DNA of 57,336 nt, the filler included, from Sphacelaria rigidula (taxonomy: Eukaryota): the NCBI GenBank assembly GCA_964200075.2. It is 8 parts of 8 records of this genome, joined end to end, with 100 filler letters (N's around TTAATTAATTAA, not from the genome) between each part and the next. Parts side by side here need not be neighbours in the genome. Positions count along the whole stretch, not along the records: positions 1 to 7,080 come from CAXNAA020016591.1; positions 7,181 to 14,260 come from CAXNAA020016592.1; 6 more parts are not named here. The stretch is one strand, 5' to 3'. Of this stretch, positions 1 to 11,700 are shown one piece after another. The notes below the pieces were generated by a model, which made no database searches, was not told the DNA's origin, and worked only from the letters and a program-made list of their open reading frames with translations. A program made the translations under genes and the position numbers. Positions within the stretch are counted from its first letter, which is position 1. The number at the start of each line of letters is the position of its first letter.

Positions 1-66
1 ATTCACTGATTGACCGCTTTTCACTCTCAATCGTATCATCTACTCTCAATCTCACGAAAACACTGT
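1..66. repeat. Dispersed repeat, probably a Copia 3' region/LTR fragment
   Basis: ATTCACTGATTGACCGCTTTTCACTCTCAATCGTA... matches 35999-36064, which lies just downstream of a minus-strand Copia RNase H remnant. Confidence 0.6.
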
Positions 67-796
67 TAGTACTGGTTTTTCTGTTTTTGTGCAAACTTCT
101 TGGCTCCGCTCCCTTGTTGGCTTGCACACACCCTTCGCGATGAGCAAGAATGTCTCACGCGACCTCCGTCTCAACATCGATGCATGAACAATGCGCCGCC
201 TCCGTCGTGAACTCACGCGTGCGTGTACGCCTGGTACTGAAACATAGGCGCGTGCCCCACCCAACCTCAGTAAAAAAGTCGTTGCACAACCACATACGTT
301 CGTGGCTCTCTACCCTGTTGCAGTTTCACACGATCATAATTAAGGGATCACGTGTCCAAGGCGCAAACGCCACAGAGTTGGTTCAAGCGAGCAAGACTGG
401 TCTGGTGCAAGGGCACCAAAGAAGCAGACAGTATCACTCGAGACCAGCTGACCAGACAGCGACACGCCAGCAGTCTCAGTAGTACAGTAGTCCCTGGCAC
501 TTGATCGATTTTTCCCACCCACCACCCTATCGTTCTAGGGAGGGAGGCACCAGGGTGCGGATTATATGGATGGAGTAAAAGGGGGGCGGGGGGGGGGGGG
601 GGGGGGGGGAGGAGAACCCNNNNNNNNNNGGAAGACAACGGCCTGCGCCGATCGACAGGCCGCGCTGGAGGGCGGGGGGGGGTGTCAGAGTGACCTACCG
701 CAAGGGCGGGCCAATATTGAGTACAGTAGTCTCGGGTTAGCTCGATATTTTCCCTACTGCGAGAACGTGTTCTTTTGTCTCGTAGTTTTGTTTGTG

Positions 797-1279
797 TTAG
801 TTTTCCGTCTTTTCTACATCCCAAATAATCCATAATTCTTGAGCCAAACGCAAATATCCGATCATCTGCACGTGAAACACACGAAACTTCGACTCCAAAC
901 TTTCCTCTGCTTTTACAGAACCGTCCCAGGGGTGAGTGTTTGTATTATTACGTTCTCTAACAAAATTCGGTTAAGCACGTTGTCCTCCTGTGTAATTATC
1001 GTTTCGGAACTCAGGTAAAATACGTGGATTTCTCTGCTGGTCGCCGTTTGCTGTACTCATCGTAGGGTTACCTTGTGCGCCTGCGCCCAAATGCATACTC
1101 CTTTTGCTTTGGTAGTCGGCAATAGCATCGCGTTTCGCGGCCTCAATAAGCTCTGCCTGTTTTTCTTCCATCTCAGCTTGTTTTTCTTCCATGAGCCGCA
1201 GTTTTTCGGTCTGTTGTACCTTCATAAGCCTAAGCTTCTCCGTTAACTCTTCCGTGCTGAAATCCTTTCTGTTAGCCAT
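797..1279 (-). pseudogene. Ty1/Copia-like gag N-terminal remnant
   Basis: ORF MANRKDFSTEEL... (coiled-coil) continues past one in-frame stop (971-973) into WDGSVKAEESLESKFRVFHVQMIGYLRLAQELW, resembling the Copia gag N-terminal pattern (DG...M..YL....LW); an LTR-like unit lies upstream. Confidence 0.5.
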
Positions 1280-1362
1280 TGAGCGACTCTAATTATGTCT
1301 TACTGTTGCTTATTGTTATCTCAAACCGTATTAACCTCTCACTTCTTGACTCCCTCTCGTTA

Positions 1363-1658
1363 GCTCAAGCTCTTCAAGTGCTGCTGTATTTTGCTCAAAC
1401 TGTAACAAACGCTAACTGCGTGACTTCTCGTCGGCTCAAGCGCTTCAAATGCTGCTATAATGCGCTCAAACTGTAACACACGCTAACTGCGTGACTCTCA
1501 CGTTGGCTCAAGCGCTTCAAATGCTGCTTTATTTTGTTCAAACTGTAACAAAAGCTAACTGTGTGACTTTCAAGTTGGCTCAAGCGCTGTCAAATGCCGC
1601 TGTATGTTGCCTCGAGTTGGCTCAAGCGCTATGATGCTGTATGTTGCTCAAACTCGCT
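1363..1658. repeat. Tandem repeat, ~72-bp unit, 3 full + 2 partial copies
   Basis: GCTCAAGCGCTTCAAATGCTGCT...CAAACTGTAACA..GCTAACTG.GTGACT starting near 1363, 1434 and 1506, then truncated copies. Confidence 0.9.
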
Positions 1659-1763
1659 TATTACCTCCCTGCTATACCTGGCTGCAATCGACCCGTTTCA
1701 AACTCGCTAGCGTAATTGATCAAGGGAACGTCTCTTAGAGGACGCGCTTTGGACAGGGGAAAA

Positions 1764-1952
1764 TGTATGACTTCTTGTTTTAAGTTCTTGTACCCTTTTA
1801 CTCACCAAACATCAATCGTGCAAGCTCCACCCGAGCTGCTCAATCCCACCTAGAAATGCAATCCCAGAAATGCACAAAACCAGACCAGAATGAACCAGGA
1901 GGGGAGGACCGTATATAGGGTTCTCTTATATGCCATACATCCAGTCATAACA
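1764..1952 (-). mobile_element. Putative 5' LTR (~189 bp) of the Copia-like remnant
   Basis: TG...CA termini with a short inverted repeat (TGTATGACT / AGTCATAACA); TATA-like motif inside; lies upstream of the gag-like ORF. Confidence 0.5.
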
Positions 1953-2567
1953 CAATCCGTTACCGCAGACGATACCCGGTACCCATGATACATCATCAAT
2001 GTGCACCGTATGTATCCGAATCAATCCACGTACGCAGGCACTAGTGTTTAGCTCGGCAATAATCAATCACATCAATCACCGAGGATACAGCAGCTCCGTG
2101 CTGGCTCAGTTTGTTTGTCCCAACCTGCACGCACCCGCCTTGCGTGTCTTTTCCGATCACAGCACCCGACAATAACTGACGTATCGGGGAAGACACAACA
2201 GATAGCTGCACAGTCATCACGCGTGATTGTTTGAACCTTGTTTGGGCAGCACTTTGATGCCGCCCCAATTCTGTGCAAACCGAAACAGGGGGTGCAGCAG
2301 CACGACTGCTAATAAGCGACTCAGGCAGTCTTCGCGGAGATCATACCGACTTCACAAATGCCCGAAGACATCACAGCGCAGCGACAGCTGCAGCACGTGA
2401 GACAGAGCATATTTGTGTTGGTGCTGCAGCACAGTGATAGAGAGGACATGCCCCATGCGAAAGTTCTTTACCTGATTTCGGGAGGGTCCTCAATTTTCCC
2501 CGAGTGGCAATTTTCAAACGCTCGGCGATATTCGCGCGGAAGTAAAGAGTTTCCGGAAACGCTTTTT

Positions 2568-2722
2568 TGTCATTTCAGAGTGCAAATATCTCAGGATCAC
2601 AGTGTAACGAAAAATTATTTCCTCCTCCGTCAAATGTGGTATTCCCCCCTGGCTTTTTTCGGATGAGGCGTATCTTTTTATTCTACACTCTGACCGTGAG
2701 ATATTTGCACTCCGAAATGACA
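2568..2722. mobile_element. MITE-like inverted-repeat element
   Basis: TGTCATTTCAGAGTGCAAATATCTCAGGATCACAGTGTA pairs imperfectly with TACACTCTGACCGTGAGATATTTGCACTCCGAAATGACA. Confidence 0.65.
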
Positions 2723-4629
2723 ATCATTTCCCGAAACTTTCTAATTTTTGAAATCACTTTGAGTTACCCCCGTCTGTGGAAGGTGAGCCAAAACTCTTCA
2801 CGATGCTATATGAGTGCTGCTGCGCTTCCTGGTGTAAGCCCCCGGATGGTCATCATGTCACATAGGCAAAGCTTATGCATTGCTTAGACGTGGGGGGTAG
2901 ACCACTGAATGGGTACATTCTCTACGCAAGGCATCCTAGAACCTAGTTCACCATGGCTACAGTAGTAGTGCAATAACCCTACGTCAAGGATAGATCTTGC
3001 CTGTACGAGCCCAATAGCAGCAGGAAGGCACGCAGTGAGCACTGCGTTTAGCATGTAGACCAACCCTTGGCGAAGGATGGGTGGTGTCGTATTGAGCGGT
3101 CAGCAACGGTGGAGTGCAGCTCAGTTATCGTGAGGCGACATATTAAATTGCCCTCGAATAGAAATGGTTTGCGGTCGTTCTTTCTTCTGACCGTGTGCGC
3201 GGCAACCTGGTGGATGACGTGCCTTTACCTTTACATAAATCGTCATTGAGCTGAAGGTGGTTCGGGGGACCGGCAATCGTGTTGTCCTATAGCCTGCTAC
3301 ATACGGACGTTATCTACCCTGTAACAGAAGGTCTACACAAGTGCTTGATCTCTCATCCATTCATCCCCTCAGATGGGATGTGGCAGACTTTCTGTTTTGC
3401 TTGTTTTGCAGACGTCGGGTGAAATCAACGACTGCAATAACACCCTCCAGCTTCCGAGTATTAGATCTTGCCGCAAGGGCGCAGCCGTCCTTGCTCGCAT
3501 GTGTGTGTGAGAGAGAGAACAGTAGAGGTTGTAGGAATATCACCCTGCTTTTCGACGACGTGTTCTACTGCACACAGAGGCAATTCTTGTCCAAGCAGAG
3601 AGGCGGAGAGAAATCGATCTTGGCATTGGTCAGCGCCTGTGACGAAATCACGCCGTCACGTTGAGCATATATGGATGATGACTTGGGATCTGTAGTTATG
3701 ATATGGATGATGACATGGACACAGGGGTGATACCCGGATGTGGGTGATGAAGTGTATGTGCCGGGGTGGCACTCCAGGATAATAAAGGGTGTTGTGAAGG
3801 CAAACAACTGAAACCTGAGGCCAGTGGAACTGGGGAGTCCCTCAACAGCATTAGACGCTGCAGTACTATCAACCTGCTGGCGTCACAATGTAGATAGTGC
3901 TAGTCGTTTTAGTAGTGCTATCGTTAGTGACTGCTGAAATTGTTTCAGTAGAGAGGAGTCTGGACAGCTTCGAACATATTGCTTCACGGACGCGTGAGAA
4001 GAGTTCACGCGGAGGTAGCTTCAAAGGCGGCTGGCCCGTGATTGTGTCGTGGTCTGATCACGAGGTGCTACTAGCGTCACTCTCGCAAAACATACCCGGC
4101 CAGGGGTGACCCGAGGTCAGCGGCTGGCCAGAGTGAATAATTGCAGTCGAGAGGAATCACCCTTGAACTCGTGGGTAACAGACCCTTAAGTCCGTCCAGC
4201 ACTGCATCGTAAGGCCAAGCAGGGACTCACTTTCACGTGCAAAAGAGGTACTCTTGACTTGCTTGCAAGCAGGGTGTCTCCAAGTGTGGCTGATAGCTTT
4301 TGTTATTAGGCTCGCTTGGTTGCTAAAATACGACTGATCAGCCTGGGGTGATACTGCGAAACCCGACTGGAATATAACCCGACTAACATACAGCTGGAAT
4401 ACGATCTATTGCACATGCCAAGCGCACTTCGAAACGCATACTACATATACAGTCGATATCCGCCATATCATCCCCCTCCCGTGCTTTGTTCACGCTGCTC
4501 ATGAAAGACGAGGAAAGTCACAGCTCAAGTCACTCCGAGGGTGATCCACATAAGTCTCTACTGTACGCCATCAGCCTAATATCACGCCAAAGACGAGAAA
4601 ACTGCAGAATTTCGGGGCTAGAGTTTACC

Positions 4630-5180
4630 GCGGGAAAAAACTCGTCATGAAATCAGAAGATGGGCAACACCTGGTATTCAGGGGAAAAGCCCATCGCTTG
4701 GGGGAAAAAATCTCTCACGCCCTTTCAGATCATAGCGACTGCTTTCGCATGTGCCATGTCTTCACGGGATCTCAGTTGGACTGGAGAACAGAAACTACCA
4801 AAAATAGAATATGACTATTTTCAGATAGTAAGCCCTTAGATGCCCCTGATTGGCTACGCCAATCTTGGGTAGTGTGGGACTCGCAAAGAGCTGACCCACC
4901 AAAAATAACCCCAAGAAAGCGTTTACTGGTTGATGGGAGCGCTGCACGCTTCTTCTCCTATTGACCAGTACCCGCTAACCTACTGGACACTGCGGGACTA
5001 CATCGTATATCAACAGTTCAGTCACGATGCAATGTCCCAGCAGGTACTCGGCGCCCATCCCATTGTGCAATGCTCACGCATGAATCTTTCTACATAAGAA
5101 GGGTGGGGCGCCCTAAAGTCGGATCAACTTTCACCGAGGACAGAGAAATGTGATGAACGGACTAGGTACCTAGAACAAAG
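4630..5180 (+). pseudogene. Possible highly degraded tyrosine-recombinase (DIRS/Ngaro-like) remnant
   Basis: Frame-broken peptides FSDSKPLDAPDWLRQSWVVWDSQRAD, IRRVG and REM**TD weakly resemble YR motifs (SKxDQ, LRxGG, REGRWxS); followed by an A-rich tract at 5180-5690. Confidence 0.25.
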
Positions 5181-5689
5181 GGTAGGATCAGGACACAAAA
5201 CCAAGATAAATAAACGACAAGTAGTCTCCGTGGAATGCAAGGCCGGAAAAAACGAAAAGAGCAGAGCAAAATCGACCCCGTGAACACGTGAATGGGAAAA
5301 GAGAAACCGGAAAGTAGTTCTGAAGGAGAAAACCAGCCCCGCAACATAACAGGGGAAGGGAAAAAGAGAAAATAAAACATGAAACAAAAGTAGAAATAAT
5401 ATCCCAGGTCCATAATACGAAGGAAAAAATCATGCATCATGAAAACAAATCAAAGTGCCTGACACGAGAAAGAGGATCAAGTCCAACGAACGCAAGAGAA
5501 AACAAAATAGAATAGAAAATACATATGGAATCCAGACCGGGAAGTCGAACAGAGAAAAACAAAATAGGGTTAGAGAGACAAACACCGACCCGTAAAAACA
5601 AACGAGGCAGAAAAAGTCCAGACGATGCCCCAAAAATCATAATCAAACGTTGAAAAGTGAAGAAATATAAACGGAAACGATAACAAGAT

Positions 5690-5981
5690 ATATGAGCGAG
5701 CTATGGAGCCCTCCTGGACTCAGAACAAGGTCACAAGATTGCTCCAAGGGCTTCCTCCCTCACTAGGGCTTGAGGACTTCAAGACAGTTGTTATTCATAA
5801 ATACACAGCCTTCGTTATCGGAAGTAACCACATGCGTGAAGCATGTGATGTTCAAATCCACATAGTCTGCTGATCAGACGCGCAAGTTCGTCAACCAATA
5901 GAAAACGCCTACAGCAGATTGTTCCACTTGTATATCATCATGAACCTGCACGTACGTGTACTGGAGGTGGACTACCCTACA
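5690..5981 (-). mobile_element. Probable 3' LTR of the Gypsy remnant
   Basis: On the minus strand a G-rich PPT-like run (TTGGGGGGGTGC) is followed by TGTAGGG at 5981, the same TGC|TGTA junction as the LTR at 48526; distal end approximate. Confidence 0.55.
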
Positions 5982-6289
5982 GCACCCCCCCAAAGTCCGC
6001 ACTACTCGAAGTAGAACGCGAGTTTGACAAAACAGTAGACAACAACTATCATGTTTGCTACCTTTGTCCCCCCGGTAGTGACACACAACCTTGTACTGTC
6101 ATGTTTCACAAACATGATGACGTGCACAATCTTGAACATCGACACTCAAGGACAATGTCTAAAGCGAACTCAGGGATGTCAACCACTCTTCAGCGGTAAT
6201 TTCCACGTAAGTATTCTCACACAAAGCAAACATGCCCAGTATAGTACCATCGCAACCAGTAGCATTCGATATCATCATTTTGTAAAGCT

Positions 6290-7050
6290 TCGTACCATAC
6301 TTTGCCTGCGAACGTGCTCGCACCTTTTTACTTAGTCCCAACTGCCGCAGTTCAGATTTTACAAATTGCGGGGCTCCGTCCAAAATGTTTTCCAGAGGCT
6401 CCCACGAGTTTTCATCTTGGCCAAATCCGACGCACTCTACATGTACATAAAATCCATCTCCTGTTTCGTCCCCAGATATACCGACAATAGCCGCCATCTC
6501 GAACTCGCCTTGTGCAAAAGCATACTGGAACACCTCCTTAACATCAGCTGTAGTCTTCAGCTCCTTGTCCGCATAAAATCGAAGGCGGGCGACATGAACA
6601 TCCTTTACCTCACCATTCACGATGTTCTGTACCCCGTACACATGTTGTTGTTCCGCTGTCACAATCCGCTAAGGTCCCGTCCACGTACTCACAAGCTTTG
6701 GCGTAGTTCCCGAACGCCTCACCCTCGCCGCCAGCACGTAATCGCCCACCGCAAAGTTAGGGAGCTTCCCCTTATTAGCCACACGTCTCTGTAGATCGCG
6801 GTTCTTGTCGACACGCTGCGCCACCTTCTTGTGCAACTCTTGCTGAGCCTCAAGGATTGACGTCACCTGTCGCCTCAAAGCGTCTTCGTCAAGCACATCG
6901 ACGCTCCATTCGCCCCCAGTTGACGACGCCAGAGTAGAGAAACTGGTGCGCGGTGCCCGGCCAAACATAACATGGTATGGCGTGCTAGCATAGCACTCTC
7001 GGGAAGCAGTGTTCAATGCCCACTGCACTGCAGGTACCAAACTCACCCAT
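6290..7050 (-). mobile_element. Ty3/Gypsy remnant: integrase C-terminus + chromodomain
   Basis: VPAVQWALNT...TPYHVMFGRAP, KLVSTWTGP, VHVARLRFY, then chromodomain-like VHVECVGFGQDENSWEPLENI; frameshifted; cut by the contig end. Confidence 0.9.
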
Positions 7051-7080
7051 TAACAACAAATTGTGCGAATTGAGGTTTAA

Positions 7081-7180
7081 NNNNNNNNNNNNNNNNNNNN
7101 NNNNNNNNNNNNNNNNNNNNNNNNTTAATTAATTAANNNNNNNNNNNNNNNNNNNNNNNNNNNNNNNNNNNNNNNNNNNN
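7081..7180. other. Artificial 100-bp contig spacer (N44-TTAATTAATTAA-N44)
   Basis: N-run with a central TTAATTAATTAA (stops in all six frames); identical spacers recur every 7179-7180 bp. Confidence 0.97.
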
Positions 7181-9504
7181 CCCCCAAACACATGCAGTGA
7201 CCCTGGTGCCACACGAGGGCGCGCCAAAGGTGCGCAACCTAACCCTCGGAGATAGTGCGGTGAGCAAGACCAAGTGCGATCAGCATGAAGCGGCCCAAAA
7301 CGCCCACACCACGGCGGCCCTCATGAGATAGATCCCACCGCATATGCATCACGTACATTCGGCATTTGGGAGTTGGATCGCCACACGTCCAAGTCTCTCG
7401 TCACGAAATGGGATCGTGACGCGTATTGTTCCCTCCATCCGTGAGATGGGAGGGAGGTCTGCCGCGCTGTGGAATATGGAGAGTGTTAATGAAAACGGCT
7501 CGGGACTACTAGAGAGGGATGGGGTGGAATCACGAGACGGGACTACTACTGCGGTTGAGATTGTCAAACGGACGCACGTTTTAGGTTTGGCGACGGCGAC
7601 GAATCGAGAAGGAGACGAGGAGATACGAGAAGCGGTAGTTTTTACGCCGGCTCACACCATGTTTCACGAGATTTCAGGTTTTGCCGCGAACAGAAGTGCC
7701 TTGAAATACGAACGCAGTGTATATAAAACCCCCTCCCTCGATGTGTAGCCCCGCTATTTGTGCACGTGTACGCTTCGGCGTGGCGTATTCGTTCGCGAGC
7801 ACCCCGGTCGCCGACGACTTCGCTTGATCTGTCTCGGCCGTGATGATACGTACGTGTGGCGGTGAAAACGGCAACGGATTGGGTTGCCGATTAAGAAAAA
7901 GCTTCGCTCCAACATCACGTCTTCTTTTTTTTGTTCGCCCTCAACACTTGAGTGGTGGCGTGACGGTGCATCTGTGTGCGCGGTATCGTAGCATGTTCCA
8001 TTCAACCGCCGTTGTGGCGGTGTTGTAGTCATGGTGGTCGGACTGTGTGCCGTAGGGCTGATGTGCGAAAGCTCCCCCCAGTCGACAAGTGTTCTTGTGC
8101 GCGAGTATTTTTTAGACAGAGAAGGTGAGCCGCATATCATTGGGTAACACTACTAGTGCAGGACGGTTGTTGTCCTTTTGAAGTGTCTGCTGTGTGTGTG
8201 TGCTTGGCGGCGGCTGTTTATTTCGTGCATTCGTCATAGGATCCTTTCTCCGGGGAATAAATTAGCTGCGCTTTAGAGGCAGTAAACGGAATGACCCGCC
8301 ATGCACGATTTGTGTTCGCGAATTTTGTAGCGCAGGAGTTTTGAGACGATGCATGCAGTACCGGGATTCGAAATAGTCGAGGCTCGTGGATTTTTCCTCT
8401 CTTGATTATGTCTGTTTCTGTCCTACGAGGTGTTCTCGTTTTGTTGCTGTTGTGGGCTGAGTTGTGTGTTTCCTCTTGCTTGCGTTCATTCAATTTATCC
8501 AGTGGCTGTGTTTGACGGGTACCGAAGCAGCTCGGGCACGAGTAATGACCGTCGGCGGGTGCTGTGAGCGGTAGGAGTACTCCGTGTGGAAGTCAGCAGA
8601 AAGAGCGCCTCGTAATAACGGCTGCTCTGTGTGCGTGCGTGTGTGGTAGAGTGACCATGGGCGCCGTGTTGTATCTTGTAAGTAATATGCCTTGAGCTAT
8701 TTTGATCTTGCTGCACCGGTTTAGTTAATTAAGTAAGTTGTAAACATCTGGCGCGCGGCTAAAATAGTTTGCTAGAGGCGATGGTTGGTATCCTCTACTC
8801 TCAAAAACCAAAGCAATGCAGCCAGTTTTTTTTGTTTTCATTTGCAAATAGAGAGCCACGAGGGAGGACGATGATTGTGGCCGGTACGCGGTGAGAGCTG
8901 CAGTACAATGGAGTGATCATGAGTTATTTTCTATTCCATGAAACAAATATAATAGTGGATCATCCGTTTGTAGTGAAGACGAGCTCCTTGGTCGATTGAA
9001 TTTGAGGTTTACTTGGGAGGTGCGCCTCCAAAAGGCGTCGGTACGAACCCTGGCTCATGGGAGCGACATGCCCCTGTCACCTTCGTGTTTCGGATTAATC
9101 CCTTTGAAGAAAACTGGGTAAGTTGGAAACTGGGCCTGCATTTCTATGTCAGTCGCCCCCGTAAAACCCCTCTCATGTTTTCGAGGCATGCATCTCCATG
9201 GTAGACCTTGAGTATCCGTGATTGCATACCGATGACTTTTGCCCACCACGAGTGCCTGTCTAAATACCTGGCACCCCGAAATAAGCGAAATCGCTGGTTC
9301 CTGTCTCGTTTCTCACAAATTGAAGCAAGATGAGAAGAACGCACCCCCCACAGTTTCCATCTGTCCCCGATAGGCGGCGAGGCCATGACAGGATGGAGCG
9401 GAAACGATGTGTGGTTATCTTCCTGTCTGTGGTGCAGGTCAGGCTGGTTCACGCTTATCCAACTGAAAAGACTCATCGGCAACACTTTTCACCGTTTTAA
9501 CGAG

Positions 9505-10630
9505 TGACCCTGAATGTTTGCACAAATGTGCTGTGGGTCATAATGCAACCTTCAAGGTTCGAGTTTTTTTTTCCCTCATTTGTTCATTTTTCCCCACCGT
9601 TTTCCGGGAAACCTTGGATCCCGTCGGACCCCCGAAAGATGGTAAAATAATAAGAATGGAAAAACCTCGTTCATCCGAACTTGCGCAATGACCCTTCGCA
9701 CATTTACGCACATTTTCAGGATCCAACTCCGAGAAACGGCGTGAAGTCTTGCGCGTTTGTGCGATGAACTTTTATGTGCCACGGTGTAACCGGAGACAAC
9801 TTGATTTTAGTATCAAAATGGCGTTCTCGGGCCTTCTTCAACGTGAACATGCGAATTCAAGCATCAGTTGATCGAGTTGACCACGAAACTTTCTCGACTC
9901 CTTCCGCGGAACAATGAAAAAAATGGCAGTGCCGATTACCGGGGTCCCAAACTGACTGCGAAAAAACGACTTGAATCCCGCCGGACACTCGAAAAACGGT
10001 AAAAAAAGTCTAGAAACAGCCGATCATCGAAATTGAGGTGAAGCTTTTCACTGAGGATGAGAACCCGGAGGATGAAAATCTTTGTATCCACATCAAATCT
10101 TCGACCTCAAATTCGGATGTTACAGACGTTGCACAACGTCTGTAACGTCCGAATTTGAGGTTATAGGCACCCCAGTGGCCACCCGTGTGATGACAAGTAC
10201 TACACGTCATACAAATTTGGAATTCGATAACCGAAATGTTGGGGTCCTAGGTGAAAAACCAATCCAGGGGTATTTCGGCGATCCGATCGTATCGCCTCAA
10301 TTCCCCCGAATAGTTTCTTCATCTGGGACCCCAACATTTCGGTTATCGAATTCCAAATTTGCTGGGCGTGTAATTCAGCAGTTGTCAAGAGGTACCAGTA
10401 GGTGAAGGAATAATGGAACCGTATTCGAAGATTTGATGTGGATACGAAGATTTGAATTTCCGGGTTTTCATCCTCAATGAAAAGCTCCATCCTCAATTTC
10501 GATGATCAGCTGTTTGGAAGTAACAAAAAATCGTCTATTGAGAGTTGCGCGATGACCCATAGCACATTTGTACAAGGTTTCAGGGTCGAACTCCTAGTAA
10601 CGGCGTGAAGTTTTGCGCGTTTGTGCGAGG
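9505..10630. repeat. ~90-bp repeat in direct (9681-9765, 10545-10630) and inverted (9505-9540) copies flanking a foldback
   Basis: TTGCGC.ATGACCC...GCACATTT...CAGG.TC.AACTCC.AG.AACGGCGTGAAGT.TTGCGCGTTTGTGCGA seen twice, plus a partial reverse copy. Confidence 0.7.
10014..10516. mobile_element. Foldback/MITE with long imperfect arms and a nested hairpin
   Basis: 10014-10103 pairs with 10426-10516; 10203-10255 pairs with 10318-10370 (TA|CACG...CGTG|TA); internal hairpin 10104-10161 belongs to the CACGGGTGGCCA family. Confidence 0.85.
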
Positions 10631-10669
10631 ACGTGAGCTAAAAACGTGAAACTCTAAACTACTTGGTTA

Positions 10670-11290
10670 TAGTACGAAAAAGTCTTTTTTGGTGTGAATT
10701 ACACGCCGAAAAGGAAAAAAACTGTATGATGAGGTGTTCGAGTTTCTCGACCAAACTTTGAGTGATGCTATGGTAGGGGTGCACAAATATCTTTTGGGTT
10801 TAGAATGGTTGGGAGCCCCGTATCTCATCCAAAGCACGACTTCTGATGAAATATGCGAGAGTACGCCAGGATTACTATTCCAGTGTACTATCATAGGGAT
10901 ATCCCGAATAACAGCCTGCATCCGTTTTTGAGGTTCAACATTTGGGTGAGGTTCAACGGACCATCGAAATTCATTTGTTTCGTCCAATAGGGTCGAGGTT
11001 CGCAACCGGTTTCGACCATGTAACGCAGGGGTCTGAACTAGCGACGGAAAGCGCTGGCACTCTCTCCCTCAGATAGGATTTGTGACAACCTCAGGGTTAG
11101 GATTAGCGCCCAGGGGAAGTCCTGAAATAACGGATGGTTTTCTTGGAAAGCAGTCGTTCATTGTAATGGGTATGAAGCGTTCAAGCAAGGAAATTTCGAT
11201 TATGAACAGAGAAAGATGTACTACGATACCCCTGAATACTATTATTCTACATGTTTCATTCCGAGTGATGTTCTCCAAATACCCCCACAG
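10670..11290. mobile_element. Degraded dispersed repeat, possibly LINE-derived
   Basis: AGTGATGCTA.GGTAGGGGTGCACA also occurs at 43385 and partly at 50069; weak RT-like peptide (ITMNDC) on the minus strand. Confidence 0.3.
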
Positions 11291-11389
11291 TTGATCGGAT
11301 TACTTCTTTTGTTCTCCACCTTCAGGCCAACATGCGTGGGCCATGAGCCCTAGCTATAGTCAAAGATGAGTTGCGGAGATCATCATCGA

Positions 11390-11700
11390 TTGTCGGAACA
11401 TCGTCTGGAAATGACTTGCTTTCAGTCTAGTAATCGATTCGTACAGTACGAATCAATTCTTGGTCCTTGTTTTTAGAATCGGACTGCACCCCAGATACGC
11501 GCACCTCACGCACGCGGAAAGCGCAGAATTTTCGTAGAGACGTTGTTGACCTTGCGCTTAACTCTCATCTCCATGTCGAGCACTCAGACCTCACAAATGG
11601 TATATTTGGTGGTCCGAACCAGCGATGATTCGTCCGAATCTTGAAGCGTATATACGTATACGAGTAGCTTTGATGATTCACCACCTGATTCGTTGCCGGC
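11390..11700. repeat. Dispersed repeat, inverted copy of 17500-17790
   Basis: Shared near-palindrome GATTCGTA...TACGAATC and CGAATCATCGC.GGTTCG in opposite orientation. Confidence 0.7.

Noticed and set aside
1363-1658. CRISPR-like array
   Set aside because: Units repeat over their full length with no unique spacers; no cas genes; eukaryotic TE context
3665-3720. YMDD reverse-transcriptase motif
   Set aside because: Lies in a short duplicated ATATGGATGATGAC tract with no flanking RT motifs in frame
5124-5646. Hydrophobic Phe/Leu-rich ORFs (also 13349-13838)
   Set aside because: Translation of T-rich low-complexity strands; no domain or splice evidence
7125-7136. TTAATTAATTAA palindromes at a regular 7.18-kb spacing
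   Set aside because: Embedded in N-runs and identical each time; an assembly spacer, not biology
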